A stretch of 64,000 nt of DNA from Mytilus californianus (GCF_021869535.1 NW_026262667.1:5704001-5768000); one strand, 5' to 3'. Positions 24,731 to 40,030 are shown, numbered from the stretch's first letter. The notes: generated from the letters alone by a model not told the origin. Numbers and translations: made by a program.

Positions 24731-27411
24731 ACATGTAACTTTATACAATTTTTTTCACAATATTGGTCCAAACAATTTTCATGACAATAATGGTATTGAA
24801 AGGCAATTTAATAATTATTTTGACTACAAACGATAAGACATAACAGATTATCCAACCTAAACCATAACAGAAACAACAAAATAAATCCATTAATGTTGAT
24901 AACCTTGTAAAGCAGATGTCGGGGTCAACTATATTAAACGGATCTCTAATCCTAAAATAGATGCTGTCTTTTCAATGCAGAATTAACTTATTGTTTTGTT
25001 TTTAAATTTAATTCGGTTAATAGCCTATTACCAATTATGGGTAGGGTTCGCATTATTCCAACTTTAGTGTTCTGTGAAATGTTTATTTCTGTTCTTGTCA
25101 TGGTGGTGTTGTTGTCTTTCCTCGACATTTGATTTTAAATTACAACATGGCGTCATCTTACTTTTTCTTTGACCAAATTTATGATGCATTGTTTATAAAC
25201 TGTCAGGTTTGAATTTTAAGCCGTTCTCGAACCCATGAATACAAATAATATTATGAATTTCATTGGTTCTTAAAGCGTTTAGAACTTCGAGCGATCATTA
25301 TTATAACTGAAAATTATGTAAATTCAAACTGCCATCTTAACATTTATAAACTTTGAATCAAATACTATTAATATTCTATTATAACATAACCGACTGGGGA
25401 TTTTCTTGAGTCATGTATAAAAACCTGTTTCATTATTAATGTCGGAGGCTTATTGCTATAAGCCCTTTTATAAAAAAGTAATTTAAAACGGAAATCTAAG
25501 TGCAATCATTTTTCAAAGGTGATTCCCCAGTAACTTTTTGGATCAGCATCATCATTAGTTTTAAATATGATAGAAGTCCTCATTTTAGTAGTTATGTAAA
25601 ATACATGTTTGTTCTTAATATGATAAAATACGCACAAATTAGTGACTTATCAATCTGTTATAGGTTATTCATATTTTAAGGTGTTTTGTATAACACCCCA
25701 AGGTGTATTAAACGACTAGAAAAAAAAACCGTAAAATATGAATTATCTGACTTATATACCTTCAAACAATATCATTTTCTGCAATATCATTTTTACCAAG
25801 CACATTAAAATTGATCATTCTTCTCTTATGCATTTAAGTATAACCACGCCATACGGCTCATTTAAAATATGAAATTTAACTCACTATTTAATATAGATAG
25901 AAACGTTTGATATCACTGTCCAGTTACAATAAAAATGTAAGAGAAGTGATGAAGCAAGACAGAAATGAATTATTACGGTGAATGAAAATAAAGTCACTGT
26001 GTTGTAATTTATTATATCAACTTTATAAAAGCGGGATGCTATGGTTTTTCTTTTGTTTAATGATATTGTTTGCCGCAAAGTAGCAGATAAAATTTCAACA
26101 TTTTTTTGGGAAATTGTTCAAAACAATTGTTTTCTATCTTTAGTCTGGCTTCCAAAAATTTTGAATCAGGACAAAATATTATACACCCCTCTATGTCTAC
26201 TAACGTGGTTGTTACCCCCCCAGAAAAAAAATGTAAATATTTTGTCATTAGATATAGTAAAATGTATATATAAATGTAAAATATCAAGAACGGACACGAA
26301 GATAGCACACAATCGTAATGTGCATGTAACACGAAAAACATAATTCAATGGTCAAAGTACGAATTACAATTCCAATTCCAATTGATAGCTATCAAATGAA
26401 TTAAATGTTTGATCAAAACTGTATATTACATTAAATCAGGGATAATACTGGCCCTACACAAATCATTATTTTTTGCCTTGAAGCACATTTCATTGAAACT
26501 TGGTATCTTTCGTGTTGTTTTTTCAAAGAAAGACCTGTCGTTCTATAAGGAAATAACTATATATAGGTTTATAAATAATCATAAATTGCATAATCTTTGA
26601 AATAACAAAAAGATAATCTTATCATTAAGATAACAATAATAATTAAAAAAACCAATATTAATAAAAGAATTTTATCAAATCAATACAAAATATTACTTTT
26701 AGTACCTGTTTTGTACGATATTGATATTTATTTGATTCAATTCTAAATTCAGAACAGAATAGAACATATACAATAAAAGAACAACTTTGGTATTGTTGAC
26801 TCAACATACATTAAACAATAGATTTACATAATTTTTTACTAATATAAGGCCCTTCTCCTTCATGGTCTTCAGCTCTGTTTCATTTTGTTAACTGCGTCGC
26901 AAGCCCCAAAAGCAAGGTCTAGTAACCGCTCCACTACGTCTGTCTATCAGTCCTGAAAGACCTTGGTTAGAAATTTTCGTCAGTTTTCAAGTCTTATTTA
27001 AAAAGGAATGATTTTATATTTAATCTGGAGCTTGATAATGTTGATTTATAGTGTGTTAGCATTTTAACATCTACCGTGCTGCCACTTCCTTCTTGCCAAT
27101 AGTTTATAATTTAACACATTCTTTGTACAAGGACAATTTTTCGACATTCTTTTCTTGGCTTCTAATGACAGGAATTATTTTATATTTAGTGTGGAGCTTG
27201 ATAACGTTGCATTTCTTTTATTTTATTCCATTCACTTGTTTTTTCTCCCATGTTTTTTGTCTCTCTCAAATTTCAATATAAATAATTGTATTTTGTATTT
27301 GCTATTCTTTCTTAATTCAAATTGACAGAGCATGTTCCAAGTATTCATTATTTTGTATGTCACAATTTTTTTTGGAGACAAATGAAAATAAGAGATGTTG
27401 CTTGTTTAAAA

Positions 27412-27575
27412 GAGAGGCGAAAGATACCAGAGGGACATTCAAACTCATAAGTCGAAAATAAACTGACAACGCCATGGTTATGAGAGAAAAAGACCAACAG
27501 ACAAACAATAGTACACAAAACACAACATAGATAATTAAAGACTGAGCAACACGAACCCCACCAAAAACTGGGGGT
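27412..27575 (-). mobile_element. PLE 3' terminal fragment
   Basis: aaaagagaggcgaaagataccagagggacattcaaactc, as at 40031. Confidence 0.8.
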
Positions 27576-28185
27576 AATAATTAAGGATCCTATTGTATAA
27601 TGTATTATACCATAGGATCATTAATTATACAATTATAATGTATTATACAAGTATAATTATTATCTTTTACATATAAATATATTCAGCATTTTCGTGCTAC
27701 ATGTATGATTTATTGACAATAATATTGTTTAAACCAACGTTGGATTGTAGACTGTAAGCAATTTGTTCATCTGACGTGCAACCATTCCCTGTTTGCCGAC
27801 AGTTTGAAATTTACAACACTCATTGTACAAGGAAAATTTCATCGAAGTTTTCATGACTTTAATGATTTTACGTATTGATCAGATCAGATATGCTTCAGTA
27901 TACATTGCCGTAATCAATTGCATTCAGTAACGCAGGTCCAGACACGGTATGGGCTTTTCTATATTCCTTTTTTCCATGATTTGAAAGTTTCTGTTCAATT
28001 TTCTAAATTTGATGAAAGTTTACTCGAATTGTACACAACGTGTGCCATGAAACTATATTGTAGTAACATGCTAATATTTTCAATGCTGTTTAAAATAGTT
28101 GTGATACAAATGTGTCAATAAATCTTACATTGATAGACACAAAAAATACCATAAATTATTTTTCGTTAAGCTTATATATAGATTT

Positions 28186-28280
28186 AAGAAGATGTGGTAT
28201 GAGTGCCAATGAGACAACTCTCCATCCAAGTCACAATTTTTAAAAGTAAACCATTATAGGTCAAAGTACGGCCTTCAACA
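28186..28280 (-). mobile_element. PLE 3' terminal fragment
   Basis: Reverse complement of 44625-44722. Confidence 0.8.
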
Positions 28281-28496
28281 CATTTTTTATGGTTGTGCAT
28301 TTTGTTTGTATTACAAATATAGGAAGCAGTAGTTTACCATGTTCAAATCTCACAAATCGACTGAGAAAACAAAACAGGGTAAGAAATACAAACTGGGGGA
28401 AATTACACAACTTATACAGGCACAATATATGAAATAATTGCATTTAATAGAAAAACAAAGGATATGGTGTATCCATTCATGACACAAAATCAGTGA

Positions 28497-28690
28497 GAGG
28501 TTTAGCTAGCTATAAAACCAGGTTTAATCCACCATTTTCTACATAAGAAAATGCCTGTACCAAGTCAGGAATATGACAGTTGGTGATCATTCGTTTGATG
28601 TGTTTGAGCTTTTGATTTTGCCATTTGATTAGGGACTTTCCGTTTTGAATTTTCCTCGGAGTTCAGTATTTTTGTGATTTTACTTTTTTC
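28497..28690 (+). mobile_element. Interspersed repeat ending ccgttttgaattttcctcggagttcagtatttt
   Basis: Other copies at 34085-34270 (+) and 30323-30435 (-); contains the cctgtaccaagtcagga module. Confidence 0.8.
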
Positions 28691-29904
28691 AGTACATGCA
28701 CAGCAAAAAAAAAACACCACACAAAAAGCAAAGGAACAGCGCTTTTATTGTTGTTCTTCATCTCAAAGTCACAATGAGGCCTTTAACACGGAGCAGAAAA
28801 AACTCTCACCTCACTGCAAGTTTTAGACGGCCCATAGCACCGGCTTGAGCGGATTTTTTGCAAAAAATAATTTGGGTAGACTGTGTAAGATGTAACACCA
28901 CTAAATTGGGCCCGGTCAAAAGAGAACATACTGGAAAGTAGTACATAATTAAAACAAATTAGTTCATACGCATATGTGTAAATATAAAACTATGCAGAAT
29001 ATATTTTACTAATTAAGGTAATTTAGTACATTTTGATATCTGAATACTTTATGTTTATACAAAACACAATCTTGGTACTCTATCCAAAATACTTTTCATT
29101 GATATAAGAATGTTTATTTAACTGCAAAAAATGTTCAAACATAATAAAGCATGAACATGGAGGTCGAGCTTGGATATCCCAATAATGTAAACAATCTATC
29201 TGACTTTGTCGGGCCCAATACAACATTTGAATAGGACAAGTTATAACAATGGACTAGATATTCTCCAATGGGTCTCCTTAAGGCTTTATCCATATACATT
29301 CAAATAATTTTACTATTATATTCTGTTCACTTTCACCATAGAAAAAAATCCTCAATAAAAGGAGTGTATTATATTTACTATTTGCGGTTTTTTAAATTTC
29401 TTTTGATCCGGGTCTATGTACTCTATATATATAATGGCGGTACATAACCAAATTGAAAATCAAATTATAACACAGCAGAGAAGAGATACAAGAAATGACG
29501 TTTTACTAACTACATGAATATCAAACGGTATACATTAAATAACAAACAGCACCGCTGCTCCATGTTTGAAAAAGTGTTATAGATTTGTTTGAAAAATATC
29601 AAGATTGGAGACAAGTTCCGAAAAATTCCATTTATAATTTATAATTCCATGGTAAATACATCAGGCATTTATATAGAATCAAATTTAGTAAATTCTTTTA
29701 GATGATTTATGTTTTGTTTTCTTAAATGATGACTTGGAGAATATTTGAAAACAAAAATATTGGTTAGTCTGGAAAATTTGAGATTAAGAGGTAAATAAGG
29801 ATATGCATTGTGTTCTAGAATCGGAGAGAGTTGAAATTGAGTAAGATTCGAAATGAAGTTTGGAATTGAAGTTGTGTTAGTGATATATTGAGTTATTTTC
29901 CCGC

Positions 29905-30900
29905 ATTTTACTGTGAAGTGTTGCGTGGTTTTTAGTCTGCAATGTGTAGGAGACAATTGCGTGGATTTGCCTTGTTTTCTAGCACAGTTTTGGAGACTGT
30001 TATTTTTATTTTTATTTCTATTGTTTGGCGGCGATGTGTCGTTTTTTGTCCACACAGTTTAAGAGAATATTGCATTGATTTGTATTGTTTTGTCGTACAG
30101 TATTGGTGACTGTTGCGCAGTTTTGACTTGTTTTGCCGCACAATATAGAAGACAGTTATGTCGATTTATTTTGTTTTTTTTCGCAAAGTATTGGAGACTG
30201 TTGCATGGATTCGTCATTTTTACCGCACAGTATTGGAGACTGTTGATTCAATTTGTCTTGTTTTACCGCACAGTACTGAAAACTGTTGCGTTGTTTTGCC
30301 TCGTTTTACCGAACAGTATTGGACAAAAAGGAAAATAACAAAAATACCGAACTCAAAGGGAAATTCAAAACGGAAAGTCTTTATAAAATGGCAAAATCAA
30401 TAGCTCAGACACATTAAACGAATGGAAAACAACTGAGACTGTTTGGATTTGTCTTGTTTTGTCCACACAGTGTACAAGACTGTTGTTGTGTGGATTTGTC
30501 TTGGTTTTCCTTAAAGTATTTTAAAGTATTGGAGACTGGTGTGTGGATGTGTCTCAATTGTCACGAAGTATTTAAGACTGGTGCGTGCATTTATCTTATT
30601 CTGCCGCAGTGTTGGGGACTGTTTTGAATATTTGCCTCGTTTGCCGCACAGTTTTGGAGGCTTAGAGTTGTTTTTTTTTTGTTTTAGCATAGTGTAGGAG
30701 ACTGTTGCTGAATGGATTTGTCTTTTTTTTGCAAATTATTGTAGATTGTTGAGAGGTGTTGTGTTGTTTTGCCGCATAATATTGGAGACTGTTGCGTGGT
30801 TTTGTGTTTTTTTGCCGCACAGTATAGAAGTTGTTACGTAGATATGTTTTGTTTTACTGCACGGTATATTTTGTTTTGTCGCATATTATTGTAGATTGTT
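29905..30900. repeat. Degenerate ~42-bp minisatellite (cagtattggagactgttgcgtggatttgtcttgttttgccgca), roughly 20 units
   Basis: Whole unit recurs with variation; interrupted by an insertion at 30323-30435. Confidence 0.85.
30323..30435 (-). mobile_element. Truncated repeat fragment inserted in the minisatellite
   Basis: Splits unit cagtattgg|agactg; reverse complement of 28577-28690. Confidence 0.8.
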
Positions 30901-32289
30901 GAGTAGATTTAATGGCTGAACAGTCTGCATCTAATACGATAAAATCTGTCGTGTCGTGTTGTGTGTTGTAATGAACATTTCTGTTGAATCTTTTAAAATT
31001 GTCGTATTAGCGTAATGTGTTGAGAGAAATTGCATGAATTCCAAATGGAACAAGACCGGTGCGTCAACAGGGCAAGCTTCTCCTGTTATGTATGCATCCC
31101 CCGGTATGCGAATTCAAACTCAATCAAAATGTTACATTCGAGAATCGATAAAATTATATTTCAGACTACTATACTGGTATATAAAGATCTAAGACTGCGA
31201 AAACATTTTGCTATATAGTTGAGACAACCAATTCGTGATAGTGACCGTAAAACTAATGAAGTGTCGATATTTGTATACTATGTTGTATCCTGTCTGTTTA
31301 AAAGCGTCACTTAAGATATTGAAACTTTATTCATAACTGAAAAAATCAAACGTAATTTAGAACTAAAACATTCAGTAAACACAATATTTAACGGCTTGAA
31401 TCGTCATAAAGTATCAAATACCTCGTGTGTATTCCTGACTAGAAGCAATCTAATTGACTATCGACATGATCCAAGACAATTGTCGATGGACAAGTGACCC
31501 CTTTGAACAGACAGGTAAACATAAATATAAATAGGCAGGTAAGCATATGCAACAGTATAAGACCGATTTTTTTTTAAAGTTCTGTTTGATCACATTTCAT
31601 AGACAACACATGTATATCATTTACTCATATACTGTGTAAGTCTAATGTTTTGTCAGGTCAAATCAATCAAGAATTCGGTCTTCTTGCTGATGCTTATCAT
31701 AGTTTCACATTTTCAGCGGACATCGTTTCGATCACTGGACATGCCGATGGCACACGCGCAACCCATCTCCAACAAAGGTTAAATCAATACGGATTCAAAT
31801 GAGGTTGAATTATTGACTTGTAAGCTAATAATATAATAGTAATAATGTAACTTATTTTATCAAAACTGAACCAACCTGAGTGTTATCAGCGATATATTAT
31901 TTCAATATTCCCAATTTTAAATGTTTTGAACACAAAACATGTTTTATTTGTTGTCTTAATCGAAGCTTATGCCCCTTAAATTGCTTTGAATTGAAATATA
32001 ATTAGTAAAACATATCATAGTCATTCATTATACCGTGACCGAACGTGTCGTGCCATGTGTAAAATTCGTTTTATTAGAATGGCTAGACTTTATTTAAGTC
32101 AGCATGCTATCCATTCAACCTTTTTTTACATTTAGAATAAGAATATAAATGAAACGTAAATCTGCATAAAATCCATTAAAAGATGAAAACCAAATCACAT
32201 ATCGTTAAAGATGATAAAAATTTAATACGTTTAATGTAAAGAAAGTGTTTACTGAAGAGTAAGAAATACGTATGAACATATTTTTTAAG

Positions 32290-33930
32290 GTTATTAGGTC
32301 TTTCCACTTTTCTTGTTATCTTTATTTCTCTGAAACCGTAAAAGATATCAAATTGTTTGTCTACTCTTAAAAAGTTTTTGGTTAAGTTTAACCGAAGTGA
32401 TTCGATCACATTTTATGGGAGTTATTTCCCTTTGAAAATTAAACATAAGATATATGTTGAATAAATTCATACAGCATAAGTCATAGACGCCTAAAATCTT
32501 TTGATATGAAGTCCTTGATCCATTTGGAGGAAATTGAGGTCAAGGTCAAAGGTCAAGGTCATGTTCTTAATTTTTGAATTTTGCTTGTTATCTTTATTCA
32601 AAAGAAACCGTAACAGTTAATGATATGATGTGTTTGCCAAATAATTGTTTACGATAGGGCACAACTTCAACCCATTTAAGTCGAAATGTTTTGGTTACTC
32701 CTTATAAGAGTTCTCTCCCCTTATGTATTTGAAATCAGTATTACTCCTCAACCATACAAGTGAACGAGCTGGGATCTTTTGATTTGAGATCACTGACCAA
32801 TAACTTTGAAATTGAGGTCAAGGTCAAAGGTCAATTTCACGTTCTAGATTTTGACCTTTGCTAAAAATTCATACTGGTTCATTTTAAAATCATTAGGTCT
32901 TTTGCATTTGGTTGGAAGACATTTGACCGTTTAAAAGGTTAATCGGAAGTGACATAATATTAACCGGAAGTAGCCTATTTCATACTAATTCAATGAAAAA
33001 GTAACTAGAAATCTTATATTCTTAAAATCAGTTTGAAGTAACAAATTATATGAACCAGAAATGACATTTTCTTTTTTAAAATTTAATTCTTTATTATCGA
33101 AGTCGGGGTGGAAAGACCTTCAATTCTTTTCTGAACAATTGGTTTTTATTTATTTTTACTTCTGCCGTCTGAGATGCTTTTTTGTTTTAAGACATATCGA
33201 AAGGATATTTAGCCAATGATGTCGTACAGTGATGTGGATTTCCCCATTCACCCTGTGTAACCGAACAGTTATTCTTATGGAAGTTATCTCCCTGCGTCTC
33301 CTTTTTCTTGTTATCTTTATTTCTCTGAAACCATAAAAGATATCAACAAACTTTTTTACCAAATTGTTTGTTTACTCTTAAGAATGTTTTGATTAAGTTT
33401 AACCGAAGTGATCCGATCACATCTTATAGGAGTTATTTTCCTTTGAAAATTTAACATAAGTGATATGTTGAATACATTCATACATCATAAGTTATAGAGG
33501 CCTAAAGTCTTTTGATATGAAGTCCTTATTCCATTTGGAGGAAATTGAGGTCAAGGTCAAAGGTCAAGGTCATGTTCATGATATGATGTTTTTGCCAAAT
33601 AATTGTTCACGATATGGCGCAACTTCAACCCTTTAAGTCGAAGTGTTTTGGTCACCCTTTATAGGAGTGTCTCCCCTTATGTATTTGAATCAGTATTACT
33701 CCTTAACCATACAAGTTAATAATCTAGGATCTTTTGATTTGAGATCACTGACCTATGACCTTGAAATTGAGGTCAATTTGACGTTCTAGATTTTGACCTT
33801 TTCTAAAATTTCATACTGGTTCATTTTAAAACCATTAGGTCTTTTGCATTTGGTTGGAAGACATTTGACCTTTTAAAAGGTTAATCGGAAGTGACATAAT
33901 ATTAACCAGAAGTAGCCTATTTTATACTCA
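32290..33930 (-). mobile_element. Helentron-associated (HINE-like) element with a ~1-kb internal tandem duplication
   Basis: 32293-33000 repeated at 33301-33928; ggtcaaggtcaaaggtcaaggtca subrepeats; subterminal motif ggaaagacctt at 33110-33120. Confidence 0.55.
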
Positions 33931-34989
33931 AATCTGTTGCTGTAAATCACGACAAAACGCGTTGCTGTGTTCTTAGCGCGTTCATGAATTAATCTTTATC
34001 TACAACAGTCAATAAGAAAGTGGAGAAAAGTTTTGGGGATCATTGTTATCATTTCAGGAACTATAAACAACTGGCATACAAATGGAAGGTTTAGCTAGCT
34101 ATAAAACCAGGTTTAACCCACCATTTTCTTAGGAAATTGCCAGTACCCAGTCAGGAATATGAAAGTTGTTTTTCACTCGTTTCGTTGGTTGATAACATTT
34201 CATTTTATCAGATTTTATGGATTTCCCCTTTTTGAATTAACGTAAGAATTCCGTATTTTGTTATACAATTTCAGACAATCCAAGGTTGAAAACAAAATGT
34301 CATGCCTACATTTTAAACAACCACTGAAAACAACCATCAAGACAAAGAATTCAGGGGTACGATAAGTCAGCTCCCGGACTACTGATTTGGTGGGTTTCGT
34401 GTATCTCAACCTTTTCCGCAATATATTGTGGGTTTTTTTAAAATTTTTCATTTTAGTCATGATATTGTCAACTGTCAGTCCTCTTCGATCTATCATTTTT
34501 CCAAATAGCTCTTAAGGTATATATATATTTATTCAATACTTGAATGAAAATTGTAATTTCTTTAAAATAATTGAAATCTAGATTAGATTCGATGAATAAC
34601 AAAAGATATTTTTTCTTCTTCTTGGACATGTAAACAAACAAACAGATTTAAAATTGCGTCTACCTAATACTGGAACCAGTAAATACCTAATAACATACTC
34701 GATATTGATTCTCGGAGTACAAATAAAAGTACGTTTTTTCTTCTATCTTATTAAAAAAATCTTAAAATAGAAGTTTAAAGGATGACACTTAAATTATATT
34801 TACAGTTCAGTTATGCTATTTTGATCCATGATATGTCAAGGTAAGTTATAAACGGAAGGTGAAGTGTCTTAAAATTGAAACATAAATAGTCCTTCATTAC
34901 ATTTTCATTGATTATGGCCCGAATATTGGACATTAGAGTTTTTAAATGGTTGAGCAATATCAAGGAGAAACTAGTATCTCAATTGTTTG

Positions 34990-36696
34990 TATAACAATTG
35001 AAAGGTCTTTCCTGTAAAAGAGATGTTTTCGTAATGTACTTTTTACAACCTTTCATTAGATATACGTCAAGCATAACCTTCTGAAACTTTTCGCTTTTTA
35101 CACTTAATGACCCCATCCGTCTAATTTTCGAGTTCGGAAGTATAATATATGTAATGTAGAATTGATGATCTTTAATTTGATATGCGACAACGCCATCTTC
35201 TAGAAAGTTTGATTTTTGCACTTAATAACCCCATCCAACTAGGTTTTGGAGAACAGGAGTTTGATATTTAAAATTTACACGTTATGACCTTTCATTTGAT
35301 ATACGACGACCTTATCTTTAAAGAAAATTTATGTTTTGCACTCAATGACCCCACCCAACCCATTTTTTGGGGACGTCAATTTGATATTTGAAATGTGCGC
35401 TTTATGGACTTTCATTTGATATGCGACAACCTAACCATCTGAGAAGTTTGAATTTTTTGCACTAAATGACTCCACCCTTCCCACTGGGATGAAAAAGGGG
35501 TTTGAAATTTTCATTTTTGAGTAGAGCTCATTTAGACGTTCAATTTGTTATACATTATGACTGCATTTGGCAAAGAGCCAAATTTGATGCAATATCAATT
35601 ATATAAATAGAACTTATGAAACTTACAAAGTCAATGTAAAAGATGAAAATTTCAAATTGATTTTTTTTTTGGAGTTTATCATTGAAAGTTTTTGGTAATT
35701 ACCATGTTAAACTCATCAATTTCTGAAAATTTCAGGTGGAAAACTGTTGTTGTTGATACATGCCTCCGCTTGCATAATTCCAAACTGCATTACCTCTAAA
35801 ACGACAATAGATATCTCAAATCTGTTAAATGATAAATGATCTGTAGTTGAAGGACAACATTGTAATAAAAAAATTGGGACAATTCCGAAGTTCATCAAGG
35901 TCACAATGAATCATCAAATATATAATGCAATACCAAACTTGAGAACCGGAAGTCGTAGAGACATAGGACTACCACCATTCAACTCAGGACAACTTGACCT
36001 CTCAAATGTTTCAAGGTCAAGGTCATAGTACACTTTGAAGGTCAAGGTAAAATTTCATCATGACCTGACATTGACCTCAAATTGAAGGTCTTAAAATACT
36101 GATAATTTTTCCAATTTATAGTAGGTTGATATCTGTTACCTTTAAAAAAATCTACACACAATACTATACTTTTAAGAATTATCTCGTCGTAACTTTTGAA
36201 CAGATGGTCGGACAGTTTTGAGCTTAATAAATAAAATGTAGAGCTCGTCGAGAGGAACATTTTATACACAGTATGAATGCAGCAAACTCTTATCGTTTTC
36301 TTCAGAAAAATGCAAATAAAAGAAATTGCTTCAAGGGGATGCAACTCTCAAAGGAGTTAATGAAATCCTACGCAGCCTCATATGGTAATACATCATAATG
36401 AGATCTACCTATAATACAAATAAGGTCATGATATTCTTAAAAACAACGAGGGGGCCATGTTGAAAAAAAACCAATAAAAGGGAGATAACTTCTAAAGGGG
36501 ATGATGAAATCCTTAACAAGGTCATCTGGTATTACTTCATGATGAGGTCTATCGGTGGTTCAAATTTGGTCTTGATAACTTTAATAGAAACGATGGGAGG
36601 GCATGTCAAAAAAATGTTGGAAGAAAAAAAAGAAAAAGAAAAAAAAACATTAGAAAAACAATAAGGTCTTTCCTAACGGAGTGGAAAGACCTTAAA
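34990..36696 (+). mobile_element. Helentron-associated (HINE-like) element with internal tandem repeats
   Basis: aaggtctttcc at 35002-35012; 3' hairpin taaggtctttcc-9nt-ggaaagacctta (36662-36694); may be composite. Confidence 0.55.
35098..35480. repeat. ~120-bp tandem repeat, 3+ units
   Basis: cact(t/c/a)aat(g/a)ac(c/t)cc at 35101, 35220, 35340, 35460. Confidence 0.8.
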
Positions 36697-39600
36697 AATT
36701 ATAGACAGGGATTTTATAGATATAGAAAGAAAAGTTTTAGTCGCATACATTTACATCAAAACCTATTACTATATCATTATCTTCATTTGCAAAATAAATG
36801 TCTTAATATCCGAGAGCAGTCATTAGTATAAATTAATGAGACGAACTATTTTAATTTGGGTTTTAAAGTACAAGTTATGGAACAATTTATACCACTTTAA
36901 ACAGATTTAATAAAATCACAAATTATAACAACAATTTAAAAAAAAAAAAGATGATAAATGTTTTAAACAGCCACTAGGTGTACCGTTTCATAGGATGAGC
37001 AGATGTTTGTCGTCAGAAATATGTAAGCTTGACCAATCATAAACGTACAAAAATTATTAAGTGACGTTTTAACATTTTATTAAAAACATTTGCAAAACAG
37101 TGGAGGTGGTAGCATGTAATTTGATAATCACCCAGGTGGGTATAAATGATAACACAATTATGAATACAATAAGATGATATGGGTATGTAAATGAGACAGT
37201 AACCCACTTACACAGTCATACATGTACCAAATTATCAGGTGCACGACATGTATTCAGTAATATACAGTTGTTTTTACTTTATGTAAAGCTGTAAATCGTC
37301 CAGGTTTCGACAAAGTATGAACATCATCCAAAGATTTGCAATCAGCACCAAATTCTTTAAAGGACATAGCTCACTAAATTGATAAAAATAAATGTTGCAA
37401 AGTGGTTACAAAACAAAATAAAGAAATAGAAACGATCACAAGCACAACCACTTAAATATAATGTAAAACACCAAAACAAAACAATATAAGAGACAGAATA
37501 TACCAAAGTGAGAATAAAGACTCATAAATCGGAGGTAAAATGACAACAACTTTGTGAAAAGTAAAACGACGAAAAGCCAAACAACAGTTCACAAAGCACT
37601 TCATAAAAGACTAAAGACTGAGCGACATTAACCGAACAAAAAACTAATAAATAAGCGTTAAAAAATATTTAGACCTTTTTATTCTTTGACATGGGTTGTT
37701 AGTATTGGATTTTAGGGAATAATATCAATTTGACCAATTCATAGTGTACATTTTTATATCTTTCCAGAAATTAAATATTTAGTATAAACATAGAGTATCA
37801 CATGAACTGAGACTTGACGAACACTTATAAAACAATAGTCTTTCTGTCGTTTCGTCATTTGGACTTTATATTCCTTTTTTCACAACCCTTTACAAACCTT
37901 TTAGGTCGAATATTTTGCCGTCATTTTCTGCATACAGCTTTTATTGTTTATTGGTTTTTCTTTTATAACTATACCATACATAGACCTTTTGTTTGACTGA
38001 TTGCTTTTCCAACGGAGAGTGAGTAACTCAATGGGACTATTGTGCCCCCTGCTAGACCACGTATTTATGTTTGAACTCGTATGAAGCAAAGCTATACAGC
38101 CAACCTCATGGTTAGTCAAAATCGTTCAGTTCCCCCTGTTGTACCAGTCGAGCACCTGATCTTTACCAGTTTAAAAAAATAAATGAAATAATTAATTAAA
38201 GAGGATTATATCATTAGTTACAAATAATCTTCCTCAGGGTCCTTAAAATAATAATTTAAACTGACAAACTACATGAAATATTATATCTACACACAGTATT
38301 TGAAGTAATAAAATTCAGATTCCGCGTGTTTCGATCCCATGTTTGTATGTTTATACACAAACAAACTCATCTTATTGAAATTTACACTGCATGCGTTTTA
38401 CTAATTGTTTGCCAAAAAAAGAAAGAGGATGAAAGCATCGAATTATAATTCAATCAATTTTTATTTTTTGGTAAAGGAGCTTTTTTTTCCCTTGTTGTTA
38501 AAGGGTGTCATATGGCAGAATTGTCTGTTTGTAGCCAGTTGCCTTATTCACGTGCATTTTGGATTTATTAACATACAGCACACACGTTAACCAAAGTATT
38601 ATTTCGCCAGAATTATAGATGAAAATATCATTGCGGATGACACCCTAATACTCTTTTCGCAAAATATATGAACAAAACACCCAGGATTTCAAAAAATTGT
38701 ACTAAATTTACTGTCATTTCATAGCTCCAAAATGTTGAAATCTGTAAATTGCAGAAATTATCAAATACATTTGCTTTTATGACCAATTTGACTTATTCTC
38801 TTGAACTTTCATGAGAATATACATGCATCATTTCTGTTAAGTCATTCATGTGACCTGGTCGTTTGTCTTTTCAACTGACCTTCGTGCATTAGCCTCTATT
38901 GGGACTGTATTCTTTACTCTTTCTGTGTTAATTTGTTTGTTCGTAGAAAATCACGATCATAAATAACTCGAAAAAATTAATTGTTCTACATTAACTCGTA
39001 TCAAATTATTATTTAAAGGTTCAATTAATACTTTTTGGATTAATTTCAGGAAAGTATTATGTATGAATGAGATAGTTGTTATATTCTATATTCTGATTGT
39101 ATAATACGTACAGTATCCGCTTTGTCGTGTCACACTAATTTAAAATTATCAACTGTGATGTTAGCTGTATCACTAGGCAATCTCAATTATTCCTTTACAA
39201 GATCAATAAATATCGAATATAAAGTTTTACAAATATAATGGCAGAGAAACCGGTACAGCATGTAATTATAAACCACAGATGATTTGTGATTTATTTACTT
39301 TTTATTCATGAATGTAAACGGTATCTGATAACATAAAATAATATTCATTACTCAATTTCTTTAATGTCATTGTTAGTTGTCGTATAGTTAACTCAACCAT
39401 TACTAAACATGAATAGTTCTAGTATTTAGGTAGATATTATATTAATTTCATTTCCACATTATCACCGAGAAACCGCCGGGAAATATGTCACGAAAAGCAA
39501 CAAAAAAAAAAAACACTTTTCGGATTGTCTATTCATAAAATGTGATAATAAAGATATGTACTACTACATTACTTAAATTTCATAATTTAACTGACGTAAA

Positions 39601-40030
39601 GGCTGTGGTTGCAATCTAAGCTATGAAAAATGCACACCATTACGATAACCCGATGGAATATTTTTTTATTTTTTCTGCACCTTAGATATATTTGGTAAAG
39701 ACTCACGATAGTACTTATTAATGAAATATTTTTTTATTTAATTTCATTTTTTCAATAAAAAAGGAAACCCATTAAAATAGGATAAGTAGTGGTATGTCAT
39801 CAGTAAGCATGACCGACTTGACATATATCATACGTACCAAAATAGTTGGAGAAATTTCAAAAAATCTTAATTGTTTGACCCACAGATATCAAAAGATAAT
39901 ATATATATAGCTCATATTATCAACAAACTTAATATAAATGTCGGACCAAGGAAATAAGGTTGAGGTCACGATCAGTTGACCCCTTTAAGGAAGACATTTA
40001 CACCATGCATTTGCTTCTCTAGACAAACTT

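Noticed and set aside
26870-26950. Ankyrin-like peptide on - (DVVERLLDLAFGACDAVNK)
   Set aside because: About 20 residues bounded by stops, with no splice partners or second repeat
29905-30900. CRISPR-like array
   Set aside because: The entire unit is repeated and degenerate, with no unique spacers; eukaryotic context
31715-31750. Hammerhead-like stem with gaaac on -
   Set aside because: No CUGANGA core could be placed
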